64,000 nt of DNA from an uncultured delta proteobacterium (GTDB lineage Bacteria > Desulfobacterota > BSN033 > UBA1163), in NCBI GenBank assembly GCA_963827685.1, contig CAWHBU010000001.1, forward strand, positions 192,001 to 256,000, read 5' to 3'. Positions 47,900-58,850 of this stretch are shown here, piece after piece (position 1 is the first letter of the stretch; every line of letters starts with the position of its first letter). Position numbers and translations under genes: made by a program. Below the pieces are notes generated by a model that did no database searches, had not been told where the DNA came from, and saw nothing but the letters and a program-made list of their open reading frames with translations.

Positions 47900-50800
47900 A
47901 TGTTATCAAGATTTTTCCTGGACCGTCCAGTCTTCGCCTGGGTCATTGCCATTATCCTGATGGTAATGGGTGGCCTGGCGATCTACAAGTTGCCCATTGC
48001 GCAGTATCCCTCGATCGCCCCGCCTTCGATAAGGATCGGCTGCCTTTATCAAGGGGCCTCGGCGGAGACAGTGGTAAACAGTGTGACGCAAATTATCGAG
48101 CAGCAGATGACCGGCCTGGACAAAATGCTTTACATGTCCAGCAGCAGCGATTCGTCTGGCATCTCCAGCGTTGAGTTGACCTTCGCCCCGGGAACCGATC
48201 CGGACCTCGCCTGGGCCAAGGTGCAGAACAAGCTCCAGCTTGCAATGGCAGGACTGCCAGATGAAGTGCAGCGCCGGGGCATCTCGGTCCGCAAATCCAC
48301 CAGGAACTACCTGATGATGGTGGGCTTGATTTCCGAAGACGGCAGCATGACGGATATTGACTTGGCTGACTATCTTATGACCACCGTGCAGCAGGTGCTG
48401 GCGCGGGTGCCGGGCGTTGGGGAGGTGGAAGGATTCCGTGGCGAGTATGCCATGCGTATCTGGCTCAACCCTGACAAGTTGACCAGTTACGGCCTGACAG
48501 TGGACGATGTGACCCAGGCGATTCAAGGTTACAACGTGGAGGTCTCCGGCGGCCAGTTCGGCGGGGCGCCGGCGGTCGAAGGCCAGCGTCTCAACGCCTC
48601 CATTATCGTCCATAATCTGCTTAAGACCCCCGAAGAGTTTGCCGACATCCCCGTCCACATGAATCCCGACGGCTCCATCGTACGGATCAAAGATGTAGGG
48701 CGAGCGGAGCTTGGGACCGATCTTCCCGATACCATTAATAACTTCAACGGAATGCTGGCGGCTGGGCTCGCCATCCGGCAGGAGCCCGGCGCCAATGCGT
48801 TGGAGACCGCCAACCGGATCCGGGCCAAGATGAAGGAGTTAAGCCGGTACTTCCCTCATGGCATGAAGGTCGTTTATCCCTTCGACACCACTCCTTTCAC
48901 CGTGGTGGCCATTGAAGAGGTGTTCAAAACCCTGCTCGAAGCGATCCTGTTGGTATTTCTGGTCATGTACCTTTTCATGGGAAACATACGGGCCACCTTC
49001 ATTCCGACAATCGCAGTACCAGTGGTCCTTCTCGGCACCTTTGCGGTGCTGGGACTGTTAGGGTTCTCCATCAATATGCTGACCATGTTCGGCATGGTGC
49101 TGGCCATCGGCCTGCTGGTGGATGACGCCATCGTGGTGGTGGAAAACGTCGAACGTATCATGAGCGAGGAAGGACTCCCGCCCAAAGAAGCTACCGCCAA
49201 GTCCATGGACCAGATCACCCCCGCCCTGATCGGCATCGGGTTGGTACTGTCGGCAGTCTTTGGACCGATGGCGGTCTTCACCGGGTCCACAGGGGTCATC
49301 TACCGTCAGTTTTCCGTAACCGTCATCTCCTCCATGCTCCTTTCGGTGTTGGTGGCCTTGATCCTGACGCCGGTCCTCTGCGCGCAGTTCCTCAAGCCGG
49401 TTCCGAAGGGGCATGAAGCAGCGGAGGGCGGCATATCTTTGCTTCGCCCGTTTTTCAGATGGTTTGATCGCGTTTTTTTTCGAGTCCGAGACCTGTACGT
49501 GAGACTGGTCGGTCACTCGTTAAACAAGAACTTACGCTATGTGTTTCTCTACGTGGTCATCGTGGCGGCGATGGGATTCCTGTTTCTTCAGTTGCGTACG
49601 AGTTATCTCCCGGATGAAGACCAGGGGATATTGCTCTGCCAGGTTACGCTTCCGGCGGGTTCCACGCTGGAACAGACCGAGGCGGTCATGGGGAAGGTCA
49701 GGGACCAGTTCCTAAACAAGGAAAAAGATGCGGTGGAATCCATTATGACGATTTCCGGTCAGAACCAGACCGGCCGTGGCCAGAACATCGGTATGGCCTA
49801 TGTCAGGCTCAACGACTGGAAACTGCGCGCGCGGTCGGAACTGAAGGCTACCGCCGTGGCCAACAGGACCATGGAGGCATTTTCACAGATCCGCGACGCC
49901 ACGGTATTCGTCTTCCCGCCGCCGGCGGTCACCGAACTGGGCAATGCCAAGGGAATTGATTTTCAATTGCAGGACCGCGGCGGTTTGGGTCATGCCGGTC
50001 TGATGGCGGCCCGCAACCAACTCCTCGACATGGCAGCCAAGGACCCAAGGTTGGCCCGGGTGCGGCCTAACGGCCTGGATGATGTTCCAGAATACCGGAT
50101 CACCGTAGATAAGGAGAAAGCGGGCGCCCTGGGAGTTCCGATCACTGCCATTCACGACACCATTTCGACGGCCTTTGGCAGCTTCTATGTCAACAACTTT
50201 CTCAAGGACGGACGGATTAAGCACGTGGACCTTCAGGCCGATGCTCCCTACCGCATGCTGCCCGGGGACCTGGAAAAACTTTACGTGCGTAACACGCAGG
50301 GCAAGATGGTCTCCTATTCCACTTTTGCATCGGGCCGGTGGACCTTCGGTTCTCCCAAGCTGGAGCGCTACAATGCCTTTCCGTCCATCAACATCTGGGG
50401 CGAGGCAGCACCGGGCAGGAGTTCCGGTGAGGCAATGCAAGCCATGGAGGAATTCGCCTCGAAGTTGCCCAAGGAGATCGGTTATGACTGGACGGGGATT
50501 TCCTACCAAGAGCGAGAATCCCGTGCCCAGACCGCCCCGCTCTACGCCTTTTCCATTCTGATTATTTTTCTGTGCGTAGCGGCCCTGTACGAGAGCTGGA
50601 CGATCCCTTTTGTCAACCTGCTGATGTTGCCGCTGGGGGTCTTTGGCGCGACGGCGGCGACATGGTTGCTCGGTATGCCGAACAACGTTTACTTTCAGAT
50701 CGGATTTCTCACCACCCTGGGATTGTCCACTAAAAACGCCATCCTGATCATTCAGTTCGCACAGCATCGCATGGAACACGGAGAGAAGCTGGTCGAGGCG

Positions 50801-51064
50801 ACCCTGGGAGCGGTGAGAACCAGGTTCCGGCCGGTGATCATGACCTCGATGGCGTTCTTCTTCGGCGTGTTGCCGCTTGCCATATCCAGAGGCGCCGGAG
50901 CGGGAGCCCAGAATGCCATCGGGACGGCGGTTGTCGGCGGGATGCTTTCGGCCACGTTCATTGACCTCATTTTCATCCCGCTTTTCTTTGTCCTTGTATC
51001 CCAGAAATTCAGAGGAAAGAGGGCGAATCAAACAACTGAGCCTCGCCCGGGTTCCATCCTCTGA
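47900..51064 (+). CDS. acrB: RND efflux permease (AcrB/MexB-like)
   Basis: [42 protein letters not shown]. Confidence 0.92.
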   Translation: MLSRFFLDRPVFAWVIAIILMVMGGLAIYKLPIAQYPSIAPPSIRIGCLYQGASAETVVNSVTQIIEQQMTGLDKMLYMSSSSDSSGISSVELTFAPGTDPDLAWAKVQNKLQLAMAGLPDEVQRRGISVRKSTRNYLMMVGLISEDGSMTDIDLADYLMTTVQQVLARVPGVGEVEGFRGEYAMRIWLNPDKLTSYGLTVDDVTQAIQGYNVEVSGGQFGGAPAVEGQRLNASIIVHNLLKTPEEFADIPVHMNPDGSIVRIKDVGRAELGTDLPDTINNFNGMLAAGLAIRQEPGANALETANRIRAKMKELSRYFPHGMKVVYPFDTTPFTVVAIEEVFKTLLEAILLVFLVMYLFMGNIRATFIPTIAVPVVLLGTFAVLGLLGFSINMLTMFGMVLAIGLLVDDAIVVVENVERIMSEEGLPPKEATAKSMDQITPALIGIGLVLSAVFGPMAVFTGSTGVIYRQFSVTVISSMLLSVLVALILTPVLCAQFLKPVPKGHEAAEGGISLLRPFFRWFDRVFFRVRDLYVRLVGHSLNKNLRYVFLYVVIVAAMGFLFLQLRTSYLPDEDQGILLCQVTLPAGSTLEQTEAVMGKVRDQFLNKEKDAVESIMTISGQNQTGRGQNIGMAYVRLNDWKLRARSELKATAVANRTMEAFSQIRDATVFVFPPPAVTELGNAKGIDFQLQDRGGLGHAGLMAARNQLLDMAAKDPRLARVRPNGLDDVPEYRITVDKEKAGALGVPITAIHDTISTAFGSFYVNNFLKDGRIKHVDLQADAPYRMLPGDLEKLYVRNTQGKMVSYSTFASGRWTFGSPKLERYNAFPSINIWGEAAPGRSSGEAMQAMEEFASKLPKEIGYDWTGISYQERESRAQTAPLYAFSILIIFLCVAALYESWTIPFVNLLMLPLGVFGATAATWLLGMPNNVYFQIGFLTTLGLSTKNAILIIQFAQHRMEHGEKLVEATLGAVRTRFRPVIMTSMAFFFGVLPLAISRGAGAGAQNAIGTAVVGGMLSATFIDLIFIPLFFVLVSQKFRGKRANQTTEPRPGSIL

Positions 51065-51495
51065 CCATTCTCTCAGGGCTTCCGTCGGCCGGATTCGGGG
51101 CTTTAGTAACGCTGCTCATTTTTGAAACCGACTTGAACATCTACTCGATGGTAGGCATTGTCATGTTGATCGGGATTGTTAAAAAAAATGCCATTATGAT
51201 GATCGACTTCGCTTTGGACGCGCAGAGAAATCAAGGGAGAAGCCCTGCTGATGCGATTTATGAGGGTTGCCTCATCCGATTTCGTCCCATTATGATGACC
51301 ACCATGGCAGCCATCATGGGCACGCTGCCCATTGCTCTCGGCTTTGGTGCGGGTGCGGAAGCACGTCGCCCCCTTGGACTTGCTGTAGTCGGTGGTTTAG
51401 TCTTTTCCCAGCTCATCACCCTCTATATCACTCCTGTCGTTTACATTTACTTGGAGGCAGCCCGGGATAAGGTGAAGCGCTGGAGACGCAAATAA
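51055..51495 (+). pseudogene. 3' remnant of an MdtB/MdtC-like RND permease
   Basis: [41 protein letters not shown]; no N-terminal part. Confidence 0.85.
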
Positions 51496-51496
51496 A

Positions 51497-51557
51497 GTTC
51501 GGAGTGGTTAGTTCGGAGTTCGTAGTTTTTTACTCCGAACTCCGAACTACGAACTGA
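51497..51557. repeat. Inverted heptamer-repeat hairpin (AGTTCGG / CCGAACT)
   Basis: agttcggagtggttagttcggagttcgtagt...actccgaactccgaactacgaact. Confidence 0.75.
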
Positions 51558-51919
51558 GTTAAGATGGAGAGCTGCAAACCTAGCCCAAGGTTCAGAAGAG
51601 GAAGAGTGCTCACCCCGGCTCAGTTCGGTGTGCCGATGCAAGAACCCTGACCTGAAAGGAGATCTCTGCAACTCCAGGAGGGTTTTGGGCTTTTTTAGCA
51701 AAGAAGACAGCGGCCCGACTTCCACTATTTAGATGTTAAGAGTTGAATCATTAGAAATCGGAAATCCTCCCCGCCGCAGAGAATATCGGGACATCTAAGC
51801 GAATCTCCGAAAACTGGTGAGAGTCCAGATTTATCCTTCTTTTCAGCTGAAATTCAACAACGCTGAATGGAGGTTACTCCCCGCACTTAGGCCGAAAATG
51901 AGTGGAAGTCGGCGTTTAA

Positions 51920-51960
51920 ATACAGTCCTTTCCTTCACAAAATACCGTATTCCCCTTATT
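51920..51960 (+). promoter_or_regulatory. Shared 41-bp operator-like motif, copy 3
   Basis: ATACAGTCCTTTCCTTCACAAAATACCGTATTCCCCTTATT upstream of the OMF-MFP-RND operon. Confidence 0.55.
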
Positions 51961-52029
51961 CAATTTTCAACTTATTCAAAATAAAATGACAACACGATCG
52001 TGCTACTTGGTTAAGTACTGCGGTCGTTT

Positions 52030-53685
52030 GTGAATTCTGCCGACCACCTCAATAAGGAGAGTAGAAAACAGGGAAGCGTGGAGAATTCAGTCATGTCACA
52101 CAAAGGGCGTAGCATGATTCATGATGGGGGACTTCGTCCCCTGGTGTTCGTCATTATTCTTCTCCTTTGCGGCTGTGCCGTTGGACCTGATTTCGCTCGT
52201 GCTCCGGTAAATGTTTCGAAAACCTGGCTGGATGCAGGTGATCAGCGTGTGAAGCCAGAGCCGACGGAATACCGCAACTGGTGGCGCGTATTCAACGATC
52301 CGGTCCTCGACCGGCTGATTGACCGCGCTTACAGGGAGAACCTATCTCTCAGGATCGCGGGTGTCCGGGTACTGGAAGCCAGGGCTCAGCTCGGCATCGC
52401 CGTTGGGGAACTTTTCCCTCAGACCCAGCAGGCCTTCGGTTTCCTGCAGTATAACCGGACGAGCGAACGTGCCCCCAACTTTATCTCTTCTCTTTTGAAC
52501 TTCCGGCAATCCGAGATCGGGCTTCAGGCCGTCTGGGAACTTGACTTCTGGGGAAAATTCAGGCGGGCGATTGAGTCAGCCGATGCCAGTTTACTCGCAA
52601 CGGTCGCCGACTACGACAACGCGCTAGTGAGTCTTACGGCGGATGTAGCCAGTTCATACGTCGTGATCAAGACCCTCGGAAAACGGATCAACATTGCCCG
52701 TCAAAACGTAGAAACCCAAGAGGAGAACCTCAAGATCGCCGAGGCCCGGTTTAAGTATGGCACCACCTCGCAATTGGATGTGGAGCAGGCCAAAACGATA
52801 CTCAATGATACGCTGGCTTCCATCCCTGTCCTTGAAACCCAGCTGCGGCAGGCTAAGAACGCCCTTAGCGTATTGCTGGGTTTGCCGCCGAGCGGTTTGG
52901 CGGAGATTCTGGAAGGCTCTTTGGAGATTCCTGTCTCACCACCTGAAGTAGTAGTGGGCATCCCTGCCGACCTCCTTCGACGGCGGCCGGATATTCGGAG
53001 TGCAGAACTTCGGGCAGCGGCTCAATGCGCCCAAATCGGTGTGGCCAAAGCGGATCTCTATCCCGCTTTCTCCCTCAGCGGGAATTTCGGGTTTCTCTCG
53101 AGTGATGTTGGGAAATTTAATTTGAGCGACATGTTTCAGTGGAAGAGCCGTACTGCACAGGCTGGGCCTTCCGTCCAATGGAATATCCTCAATTATGGCC
53201 GGATCACGAACAATGTTCGGGTCCAGGATGCCAGGTTCCAGGAGTTGCTCATCACTTATCAGAATACTGTTCTCACAGCCCAACAGGAGGTGGAGGACAA
53301 TCTGGTAGCTTTTCTGAGGGCTCAGGAGCGGGCCGAATTTTTGGCCCGGAGCGTAGCAGCCGCCAAGCGTTCTCTCGATCTCGCAGTCCTGCAGTATCGA
53401 GAAGGCACTAAAGATTTTACGACCGTCCTGATCGCCCAGCAAGCTCTTTTGAATGAGCAGGACAATCTAGCAACCACCCTGGGCAATGTTTCAAGCAGTC
53501 TTGTGGGAGTTTACCGGGCCCTGGGTGGCGGTTGGGAGATTAGAGGAGGAAAGGACTTGGTGCCCTCTGAAATCAAGGGGGAGATGGCAAAGCGCACCAA
53601 CTGGGGGAAATTGCTCGCTCCGGCATCATATAATCCGCCAGTCTCCGAGGAGCCCAAATTCCTTATCCGGCCTCCCGATTGGTAA
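52030..53685 (+). CDS. Efflux outer-membrane lipoprotein (NodT/OprM family); start probably later, about 52093-52114
   Basis: LCGCAVGPDF, WELDFWGK, PADLLRRRPDI, YRALGGGW. Confidence 0.92.
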   Translation: MNSADHLNKESRKQGSVENSVMSHKGRSMIHDGGLRPLVFVIILLLCGCAVGPDFARAPVNVSKTWLDAGDQRVKPEPTEYRNWWRVFNDPVLDRLIDRAYRENLSLRIAGVRVLEARAQLGIAVGELFPQTQQAFGFLQYNRTSERAPNFISSLLNFRQSEIGLQAVWELDFWGKFRRAIESADASLLATVADYDNALVSLTADVASSYVVIKTLGKRINIARQNVETQEENLKIAEARFKYGTTSQLDVEQAKTILNDTLASIPVLETQLRQAKNALSVLLGLPPSGLAEILEGSLEIPVSPPEVVVGIPADLLRRRPDIRSAELRAAAQCAQIGVAKADLYPAFSLSGNFGFLSSDVGKFNLSDMFQWKSRTAQAGPSVQWNILNYGRITNNVRVQDARFQELLITYQNTVLTAQQEVEDNLVAFLRAQERAEFLARSVAAAKRSLDLAVLQYREGTKDFTTVLIAQQALLNEQDNLATTLGNVSSSLVGVYRALGGGWEIRGGKDLVPSEIKGEMAKRTNWGKLLAPASYNPPVSEEPKFLIRPPDW

Positions 53686-53717
53686 AGAAATAAGGACCGG
53701 GATATAACCCCCCAGAA

Positions 53718-54950
53718 ATGGACTTGGGATCTGGAGGTTTAATAATGAGTTGCAAAAACGGTGATAAATCCAGGTGGATCCGAGTGGCTTTAGATCGGGG
53801 GATGTTTTTGATCTTCTTGTTTCTTCTGGTAGCCTGCGGAGAAAAGGCAAAGCAGGCCTTACCGTCTCCACCCGTAGTAACAGTTGCTCAACCCGTACGG
53901 CGGCTGGTGACGGACTACCTCGAACTGACCGGTAATACACAGGCCATCAAGACGGTGCAACTGGTCGCTCGGGTGGCAGGGTACCTGGATAAAGTCTTCT
54001 TTCAAGATGGACAATTCGTAAAAGAGGGTCAATTGCTCTTTCTCATTCAGCAGAACACGTACCAGGACAACCTGCGGCAAACCGAGGCAGCAATTTTACA
54101 GCAGAAGGCCCAGCTGGAGTATGCCGAAATTCAATTGGCCCGTTATTCTAAGTTGGTTCAGGAGAAAGCGGCTTCTCAAACCGACGTAGACAACTGGCGG
54201 TATCAAAGGGATTCCGCCCAGGCCAACCTGGTTTCGGCGCAGGCAAAACGGGACCTGGCAAAACTCGACCTGATCTACACGGAGGTCAGAGCCCCTTTTG
54301 ACGGCCGCATAGACAGAAGATTAAGAGACCCTGGCAACCTGGTGGGTTCGGGTGAAAATACGGTCCTGGCAGAGATCAACCAGATCAATCCCATCTATGT
54401 CTATTTCAACATCAGCGATGCGGATCTTGCCCGCCTGATAGGAGAGGCTCATTGGACGCCAGGCCAGGCTCGTGCCATAAAATGGCCGGTCTTCGTGGGC
54501 CTCCTTACCGAAAAAGAGTATCCTCACAAAGGCCAGCTCGATTTTGCATCCATTAGCCTCACTCCCACCACCGGTACCTTGCTGATGCGCGGAGTCTTCT
54601 CAAACCCTGACGGGAAGATCCTGCCGGGACTCTATGCCCGGGTGCATGTGCCTGTTAAGGAAGGACCTGCTTTTCTGGTGCCTCAGGAGGCTATCGGATA
54701 TGACCAGCGCGGATCATATGTGCTGGTGGTGAACGAAAATAACGTGGTGCAACGTTCCAGCGTCAGAATTGGCATACTGGTGGACCATCTGCGTGTCGTC
54801 GAAGAAGGTCTAACGGGAAAGGAATGGGTTGTCATAAGGGGCGTGCAGAAAGCCATTCCCGGACGACCCGTGACCCCGGAGAGGCAGGATTTACCGACAT
54901 TCGGTGCAAGCTCCCGTCAATCCACAAGCGAAATGAGGGAAGGGTTATGA
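53718..54950 (+). CDS. RND efflux membrane fusion protein
   Basis: LVAC lipobox, ARVAGYL, APFDGRI, LPGLY. Confidence 0.92.
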   Translation: MDLGSGGLIMSCKNGDKSRWIRVALDRGMFLIFLFLLVACGEKAKQALPSPPVVTVAQPVRRLVTDYLELTGNTQAIKTVQLVARVAGYLDKVFFQDGQFVKEGQLLFLIQQNTYQDNLRQTEAAILQQKAQLEYAEIQLARYSKLVQEKAASQTDVDNWRYQRDSAQANLVSAQAKRDLAKLDLIYTEVRAPFDGRIDRRLRDPGNLVGSGENTVLAEINQINPIYVYFNISDADLARLIGEAHWTPGQARAIKWPVFVGLLTEKEYPHKGQLDFASISLTPTTGTLLMRGVFSNPDGKILPGLYARVHVPVKEGPAFLVPQEAIGYDQRGSYVLVVNENNVVQRSSVRIGILVDHLRVVEEGLTGKEWVVIRGVQKAIPGRPVTPERQDLPTFGASSRQSTSEMREGL

Positions 54951-57900
54951 TCTCCCGGTTCTTTATTGAGCGGCCGATCCTCGCTAATGTCGTCGCTTTT
55001 GTCACCATCGTTATCGGGATAGTAAGCTATTATCACCTGGCAGTAGAGCAGTATCCTCCGATTACGCCGCCGACGATTCAGGTAACCACCAGGTATCCGG
55101 GAGCGAGTGCCGCAGTCATTGCAGACATAATAGGAGTACCCATCGAACAGGCGGTCAACGGTGTTGAGCATTCCATTTACATGTCCTCCAAAAGCAGTAG
55201 CGACGGCTCCTATACTCTGACCATTACCTTTGACGTGGGGACCGATCTTAATACATCTCTTGCCCTCGTCCAAAATCAGGTTAACACCGCACTGGCACAG
55301 CTGCCGCCAGCCGTTGCGCAGCAAGGGGTTAACGTAAAGAAAGTTTCCACTAACATCTTGCTAATTATCAGTTTATACTCCGATGACAACCGGTTTGATG
55401 AGGCCTTTCTCTCCAACTACGCCATCATCAATATGCAGAATCCACTGGCCCGGCTGGAAGGCATTGGCCAGGTAAGGGTTTTTGGGGCTGGCCCTTATAG
55501 TATGCGAGTCTGGTTGGACCCAAAGAGACTCCAGGATTTCAACCTTACCACCCAGGATGTCCTGAACGCCATCGGAGACCAGAATATTGAGGTCGCGGCA
55601 GGACAACTGGGTGCTCCCCCTGTACCAAAAGATCAGGTCTTTCAGTTCACCATTAACAGCCTGGGCCGGCTGTCCGATGCCAAACAGTTTGAAAACGTCA
55701 TTGTCAAGAGCGGCCGCGGCGTGACTGCCCAGATTGTACGATTGCGCGATATTGGGCGCGTTGATCTGGGCCAACAGTATTACTCAAACTTTGCTAATAT
55801 GCGCGGACTCAGCTCAGCCCAGATCCCCGTCTTCGCCCTTCCCGAGGCCAACGCCATCGCCGTCGCTAACCAAGTTTACAAGGCTGTGGCCGAGATGAGC
55901 AAGGATTTCCCCGAAGGTCTGAAGTACGCGATCCGCTTCGACACCACCACGTTCATCCGTCAGGCAGTATCCAAGGTGTATGAAACGCTTTTCGAAGCGG
56001 GCATTCTGGTCCTTATCGTGATCATGGTATTTCTGCAGAGTTTTCGGGGAATGCTTGTTCCCGCCACTACTGTGCCGGTGACCATTATCGGCGGTTTTGC
56101 TGCTATGATCGCGCTCGGATTCACCATTAATCTTATGACCTTATTCGCTTTGATTCTGGCCATTGGCATCGTGGTCGACGACGCGATCGTCATTGTGGAA
56201 AACAGCGCCTATTATATCGAGAAGGGTCTATCTCCAAAAGACGCTGCGATTAAGGCGATGAGCGAGCTGACCGGCCCGATTATGGGCATTACCATGGCAC
56301 TGGTCTCGGTCTTCCTGCCCGCGGCCTTTTTACCCGGCATCACAGGACAGATCTTTCGGCAATTCGCCCTGGTCATTGCTTCGACTGCGGTGATCAGCGC
56401 CATTAATGCCATGACCTTAAAACCGGCCCAGTGTGCCCTGTGGCTCCGGCCCAGAGGGGAGAAGCGGTTAAATTGGTTTTATCGTGGTTTCAATAAAGTT
56501 TATCAGGATATGAAGGATCCCTACATGGGGATGGTTCGCTGGATGGTGAAGCGGGCGGGACTTGCGGTCGTGTTTTATTTCGTCATCATCGCCATTTCTG
56601 GCTGGCTATTTGCTCGTTGGCCCACTGGATTTCTCCCTACCGAGGACCAGGGCTATGGTATTCTCTTCACCCGTCTGCCGGACGGGGCCGCTCAGCCGAG
56701 GGCGCGGGAGGTATCAGAGAAAATCGACGCTATCCTCAAGAAAACCCCCGGTGTCATCAACTGGATTACGATCGGTGGTTATTCCTTCCTGGACGCGGCC
56801 AATGTCTCCACGATTTCAAGTACTTTTGTCACTTACAAAGACTGGAGTGAACGCGGCTCTGCCCTAAGTCAGGATAAGATTGTCGCCCGTCTTAACCGCG
56901 ACCTTTCTGCCATCCAGGAAGCGGTGGCGTTTGTGGTGATTCCACCGCCCATCAGAGGGTTAGGCCAGACGGGTGGATTTCAGATGATGGTGGAAGACCG
57001 GAAAGACATCGGTCCCCAGGAACTCCAGAGGGCCACAAATGACCTTATCCAGGCGGGTAACTCCCAGAAGAGTTTACAGAACCTCACCACCACCTTTAAC
57101 ATCAACAGCCCCCAACTCTACCTGGACATTGATAGGACGAAGGCTCAGTCCTTTCAAGTTCCGCTGAATAACGTGCTTGAGACGCTCCAGGACTACCTGG
57201 GCTCCTCCTTCGTCAATCTCTTCAACAAGTTCAATCAGGTGTACCAGGTCTACATCCAGGCAAACGACAGCTACCGGGTGAAACCGGAGGACATCAAGAA
57301 CCTCTATACCCGAAATGCCAATGGGGAAATGGTACCCCTCGGCAGCGTTTTAGAGGTCAGACGTTCCCAGGGCTCCGAATTGATTACTCGCTACAACCTT
57401 TATCCGGCAGCCGCCATCTTTGGATCCGCTGGTTCAGGATTCACCTCGGGACAGGCCCTCAAACTGATGGAAGAACTGGGGACGAATGTTCTGCCGCGGG
57501 GAGCCGGCTATGAGTGGACCGCTACGAGCTATCAGGAAAAGAAGGTTGGCCATCAGGCATACTTCATTTACGCCCTCTCCATCACCTTGGTCTTCATGGT
57601 GCTGGCCGCACTGTATGAGAGCTGGATATCTCCAGCGGCTGTCATTCTGGCAGTACCCTTGGCATTGGTCGGGGTTCTCCTCGGTCTCATCATTCGACGA
57701 CTTGACAACAATCTCTACACTCAAATAGGCCTGGTGCTGATGATCGCCCTGGCCAGTAAGAACGCCATCCTCATTGTTGAGTTTGCACGGGACCTGCAAC
57801 GGGAAGGCATGTCTTTGACCGAGGCGGCCATCGAGGCAACGAGCCGGCGCTTTCGCCCCATCGTGATGACTTCCTTTGCCTTCATCCTGGGAGTGGCCCC

Positions 57901-58117
57901 CCTGCTATTCGCAAGGGGCGCTGGCGCTGCTAGCCAAGAGGCCATCGGTACAGTCGTCTTCGGGGGTATGATTGCGTCTACGCTGCTTGCCATTCCGTTT
58001 GTGCCGGTTTTCTACGTGGTGACGCAGCGGTTGAGCGAACGGCGAAGAAATGGTAAAACCTCTTCACTGCCAAGACCGGAGATACCAAGTACCCAAAGCG
58101 GAAAGATCAAGGAATGA
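54947..58117 (+). CDS. RND efflux permease (HAE1 family)
   Basis: MISRFFIERPI, GIVVDDAIVIVEN, KNAILIVEFA, RFRPIVMTS. Confidence 0.93.
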   Translation: MISRFFIERPILANVVAFVTIVIGIVSYYHLAVEQYPPITPPTIQVTTRYPGASAAVIADIIGVPIEQAVNGVEHSIYMSSKSSSDGSYTLTITFDVGTDLNTSLALVQNQVNTALAQLPPAVAQQGVNVKKVSTNILLIISLYSDDNRFDEAFLSNYAIINMQNPLARLEGIGQVRVFGAGPYSMRVWLDPKRLQDFNLTTQDVLNAIGDQNIEVAAGQLGAPPVPKDQVFQFTINSLGRLSDAKQFENVIVKSGRGVTAQIVRLRDIGRVDLGQQYYSNFANMRGLSSAQIPVFALPEANAIAVANQVYKAVAEMSKDFPEGLKYAIRFDTTTFIRQAVSKVYETLFEAGILVLIVIMVFLQSFRGMLVPATTVPVTIIGGFAAMIALGFTINLMTLFALILAIGIVVDDAIVIVENSAYYIEKGLSPKDAAIKAMSELTGPIMGITMALVSVFLPAAFLPGITGQIFRQFALVIASTAVISAINAMTLKPAQCALWLRPRGEKRLNWFYRGFNKVYQDMKDPYMGMVRWMVKRAGLAVVFYFVIIAISGWLFARWPTGFLPTEDQGYGILFTRLPDGAAQPRAREVSEKIDAILKKTPGVINWITIGGYSFLDAANVSTISSTFVTYKDWSERGSALSQDKIVARLNRDLSAIQEAVAFVVIPPPIRGLGQTGGFQMMVEDRKDIGPQELQRATNDLIQAGNSQKSLQNLTTTFNINSPQLYLDIDRTKAQSFQVPLNNVLETLQDYLGSSFVNLFNKFNQVYQVYIQANDSYRVKPEDIKNLYTRNANGEMVPLGSVLEVRRSQGSELITRYNLYPAAAIFGSAGSGFTSGQALKLMEELGTNVLPRGAGYEWTATSYQEKKVGHQAYFIYALSITLVFMVLAALYESWISPAAVILAVPLALVGVLLGLIIRRLDNNLYTQIGLVLMIALASKNAILIVEFARDLQREGMSLTEAAIEATSRRFRPIVMTSFAFILGVAPLLFARGAGAASQEAIGTVVFGGMIASTLLAIPFVPVFYVVTQRLSERRRNGKTSSLPRPEIPSTQSGKIKE

Positions 58118-58125
58118 AGCCGAGG

Positions 58126-58605
58126 TTAGCTTGTCTCGCAGGGGGGGATTTTTTCAGTAAGTTTTTTCTTCTTTGCTGACGTAAGTTCCTCTTTTACCTC
58201 CCAGTCCTTTTTGGCAAAGGAATCCTGTCCCTTGATGAGAAGCCAATCTTTGCCACTTCCTCTTCCTCTCATTAGGATGAGGGAAAAGCTGCCCTTTAGT
58301 TTTTTTCCATTTAAGGTGAAACTGAGTCTTCCTTTTTTCAGGGCGGATTCGGAATCTCCCTCTACTTGAAACTCGCCCGAGTCCCAGATGAGGACCGGTC
58401 CGGCACCGTAGTGTCCCTGAGGGATAATTCCTTCAAACTCACCATATTCAAGGGGATGATCATCCACCATGACGGCGAGCCGCTTATCCGACGGGTTCAT
58501 GGAAGGTCCCTTGGGAATGGCCCATGATTTGAGGACCCCGGCGATTTCCAACCGAAAATCATAGTGGAGACGGGTTGCATGATGCTCATGAACGACGAAT
58601 CTCAT
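58126..58605 (-). CDS. Stand-alone LigD 3'-phosphoesterase domain protein
   Basis: FVVHEHHATRLHYDFRLE, LKSWAIPKGPS, RLAV..DDHPLEY. Confidence 0.92.
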   Translation of the reverse strand: MRFVVHEHHATRLHYDFRLEIAGVLKSWAIPKGPSMNPSDKRLAVMVDDHPLEYGEFEGIIPQGHYGAGPVLIWDSGEFQVEGDSESALKKGRLSFTLNGKKLKGSFSLILMRGRGSGKDWLLIKGQDSFAKKDWEVKEELTSAKKKKLTEKIPPCETS

Positions 58606-58632
58606 CCACGTCTTCTCTTTCTTTTATCCGCC

Positions 58633-58808
58633 TACGCAGAAGACCACGGCCTTTGGCCGTGGATGAATGCGTAAATCGTTGCAGAATCTATCATCAGCGG
58701 AAATTTAGTTGCTCCGGCGGATTTCGCTGCTGGCGGATAACCCGCCGAAGCCTTGGCGTAGGCGGCTATCTCGCGGGAGGTACCACGGGCTTTGCCGGTG
58801 GAACTCCA
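58633..58808. repeat. Non-autonomous palindromic element with hairpin ends (possibly IS200/IS605-derived)
   Basis: CCACGGCCTTTGGCCGTGG (58644-58662) and CCACGGGCTTTGCCGGTGG (58783-58801); no transposase. Confidence 0.55.
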
Positions 58809-58850
58809 TCTCTCAATAGGAGAAAGCTACCCATTTCTTTCTCTTAAGAT

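Noticed and set aside
49883-51031. 382-aa antisense ORF and other antisense ORFs over RND genes
   Set aside because: Shadow frames of GC-rich conserved genes
54824-54946. Long N-terminal extensions in the ORF track (also starts at 11500, 12144, 38822, 61298)
   Set aside because: Downstream ATGs match family N-termini and, in several cases, have better RBS
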